This document shows, in pieces, positions 56,534 to 58,008 of a stretch of DNA of 58,008 nucleotides. How positions within the stretch are numbered: the first letter of the stretch is position 1; the number at the start of each line of letters is the position of its first letter. The stretch covers positions 1 through 58,008 of the forward strand of contig SKKV01000141.1 in the NCBI GenBank assembly GCA_007123575.1, given 5' to 3'. This DNA is from Wenzhouxiangella sp. (lineage in GTDB: Bacteria > Pseudomonadota > Gammaproteobacteria > Xanthomonadales > Wenzhouxiangellaceae). Below the pieces are notes generated by a model. It searched no databases. It had not been told where the DNA came from and was given only the letters and a program-made list of their open reading frames with translations. A program made the translations under genes and the position numbers.

Positions 56534-57021
56534 ATGATGAAGAAACTGAATATCCTGACCACCGGCGGCACCATCGACAAGATTTACTACGATGACAAGT
56601 CCGACTACCAGATCGGCGAGCCGGAAATCGGGCGCATTCTGCGGGCCATGAACGTGGCCTTCGAATGGGAAATCCGCGCCTTGCTACGCAAGGACTCCCT
56701 GCACCTGAATGACAACGACCGCGCCCTGATACGGCAGGCAATATTGGCCAGCGACGACAAGCACTGCCTGATCACCCACGGCACCGACACCATGGTCGAA
56801 ACCGCCGCCGCCCTCGGCGACCTGGGCGAGCGCGTCGTCGTCATGACCGGCGCCCTCAACCCGGCCCGCTTCATCGACTCCGATGCGGTGTTCAACATCG
56901 GCTGCGCTGTCGGTGCCGTCCAGTGCCTGCCGCCGGGCATCTGGATCACCATGAACGGGCGGGTCTGGGACCCGAAAAAGTCAGAAAGAACCGAGACGCC
57001 AATCGCTTCGAGGCGTTTTAA
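56534..57021 (+). CDS. Single-domain L-asparaginase family protein with apparent -1 frameshift near the 3' end
   Basis: TTGGTIDK and HGTDTM motifs; adding one A at the A5 run 56975-56979 gives DPKKVRKNRDANRFEAF* ending at 57021 and removes the overlap with the next gene. Confidence 0.8.
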
Positions 57022-57040
57022 GCCGGGTGGTGCGGTATCT

Positions 57041-58008
57041 TCAAGCAATACGGTTGCGCCCCTGGCGCTTGGCGTCGTATACCGCCTGGTCGGCTGCTCG
57101 AAGCACATCGTCAGCAGCCGCTGCTTGTCCAGCATCGACGCAGGTCACGCCAAGGCTGACCGTCAAGGATATGCTCGCGGCGTTATAGGCCATCGGCCGG
57201 GAGCGAAACGCTTTCAGGATTTTTGATGCGAGCGCATGGCCACCCGCTTTCGCCGTGTCTGGTGCCAGCACCAGAAACTCCTCACCACCCAGCCGAAACA
57301 GCAAGTCGGTGTCGCGGACGACATCGCGCAGCAGGTCTGCCGAATGGATCAGCGCCAGGTCACCGGCCTCATGGCCGTACTCGTCATTGACCCGTTTGAA
57401 GTGGTCAATATCAAGCATGATCACAGAAAACGCTTCGCCCTCGCGATGAGCTCGTTCGAGCAGCCACAGCAGGTCGCGCCGCAGGTTGCGCCGGTTGTGC
57501 AAACCAGTCAGCGGGTCACGCTGGGCCATATCCTGAAACTGCACCTGCTTGGCCCGAAACAAAAGCTGCACCAGCATCATGGCAAGAAACAGGTAAAACG
57601 CCATCGAGGAAAAAAACAGCGGCGTCAGCAATGCGGTAGCGCCGCCGGGGAAATAACCATGACCCATCGAAAACAAAACCAGCCAGCGGGCCGTCAGCAC
57701 GCCAAGGATGGCCAAAACACCCATGGCCAGAATACGACAGTGCCTGACCAATGTTGGTGGACTGCGGTACCACAACAACCAGGCGGCGGAACCGAGAATC
57801 CATGTCTCGAACAACAGCAACATCCCGACACGAAAGACCACATTGCCGTACATGGCCGACCACTGCGTACCAGCAATCAACAGAAACAGCGCGGCGACGG
57901 TCAGGCGCTTCCACCAAAGCGCGCGGCCGAGGTAGCGTTGGAAGCCCAGCAGCAGCAGTCCATGGGAACCAACGATCCCCAGATTGGCCATGGCAATGGC
58001 CCACCGAG
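57041..58008 (-). CDS. Membrane-bound diguanylate cyclase (5' end probably outside the window)
   Basis: Multiple TM segments, RDPLTGLHNRR, DIDHFKRVND, RDTD..FRLGGEEF, AKRQGRNR. Confidence 0.9.
   Translation of the reverse strand, partial: RWAIAMANLGIVGSHGLLLLGFQRYLGRALWWKRLTVAALFLLIAGTQWSAMYGNVVFRVGMLLLFETWILGSAAWLLWYRSPPTLVRHCRILAMGVLAILGVLTARWLVLFSMGHGYFPGGATALLTPLFFSSMAFYLFLAMMLVQLLFRAKQVQFQDMAQRDPLTGLHNRRNLRRDLLWLLERAHREGEAFSVIMLDIDHFKRVNDEYGHEAGDLALIHSADLLRDVVRDTDLLFRLGGEEFLVLAPDTAKAGGHALASKILKAFRSRPMAYNAASISLTVSLGVTCVDAGQAAAADDVLRAADQAVYDAKRQGRNRIA

Noticed and set aside
57041-57226. Genuine 186-nt overlap of two convergent genes
   Set aside because: Better explained by a one-base frameshift in the asparaginase gene

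Overview
GC-rich gammaproteobacterial chromosomal window. Gene content and style resemble Wenzhouxiangella/Xanthomonadales-like bacteria; this is inference, not verified. The right half is mostly the conserved rpsB-tsf-pyrH-frr-uppS-cdsA-rseP-bamA-skp-lpxD-fabZ-lpxA-lpxB-rnhB cluster. dxr is missing from its usual slot, map and dnaE are replaced by other genes, and BamA carries a canonical EF-hand-like loop. The left half holds a parDE toxin-antitoxin pair, a chimeric SDR remnant, a TctC-TctB fusion plus TctA, MltD, oleAB without oleCD, a QEGLA peptidase, a beta-propeller diguanylate cyclase, a CrbS-like kinase/TonB receptor/GntP-permease locus, nitrilase-rimI-holD-like-pssA and proS. The best candidate for an undescribed system is 26.2-32.1 kb. 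There, a phospho-Thr-type ECF sigma factor with no adjacent kinase lies next to two secreted proteins: a collagen/S74-chaperone fibre and a modular M12 metalloprotease with a C-terminal LFHDRFE tag. Both genes carry the same bipartite upstream motif CTGTCGCG-N14/15-GCGTTTG. No rRNA, tRNA, CRISPR array, transposase or prophage was seen.
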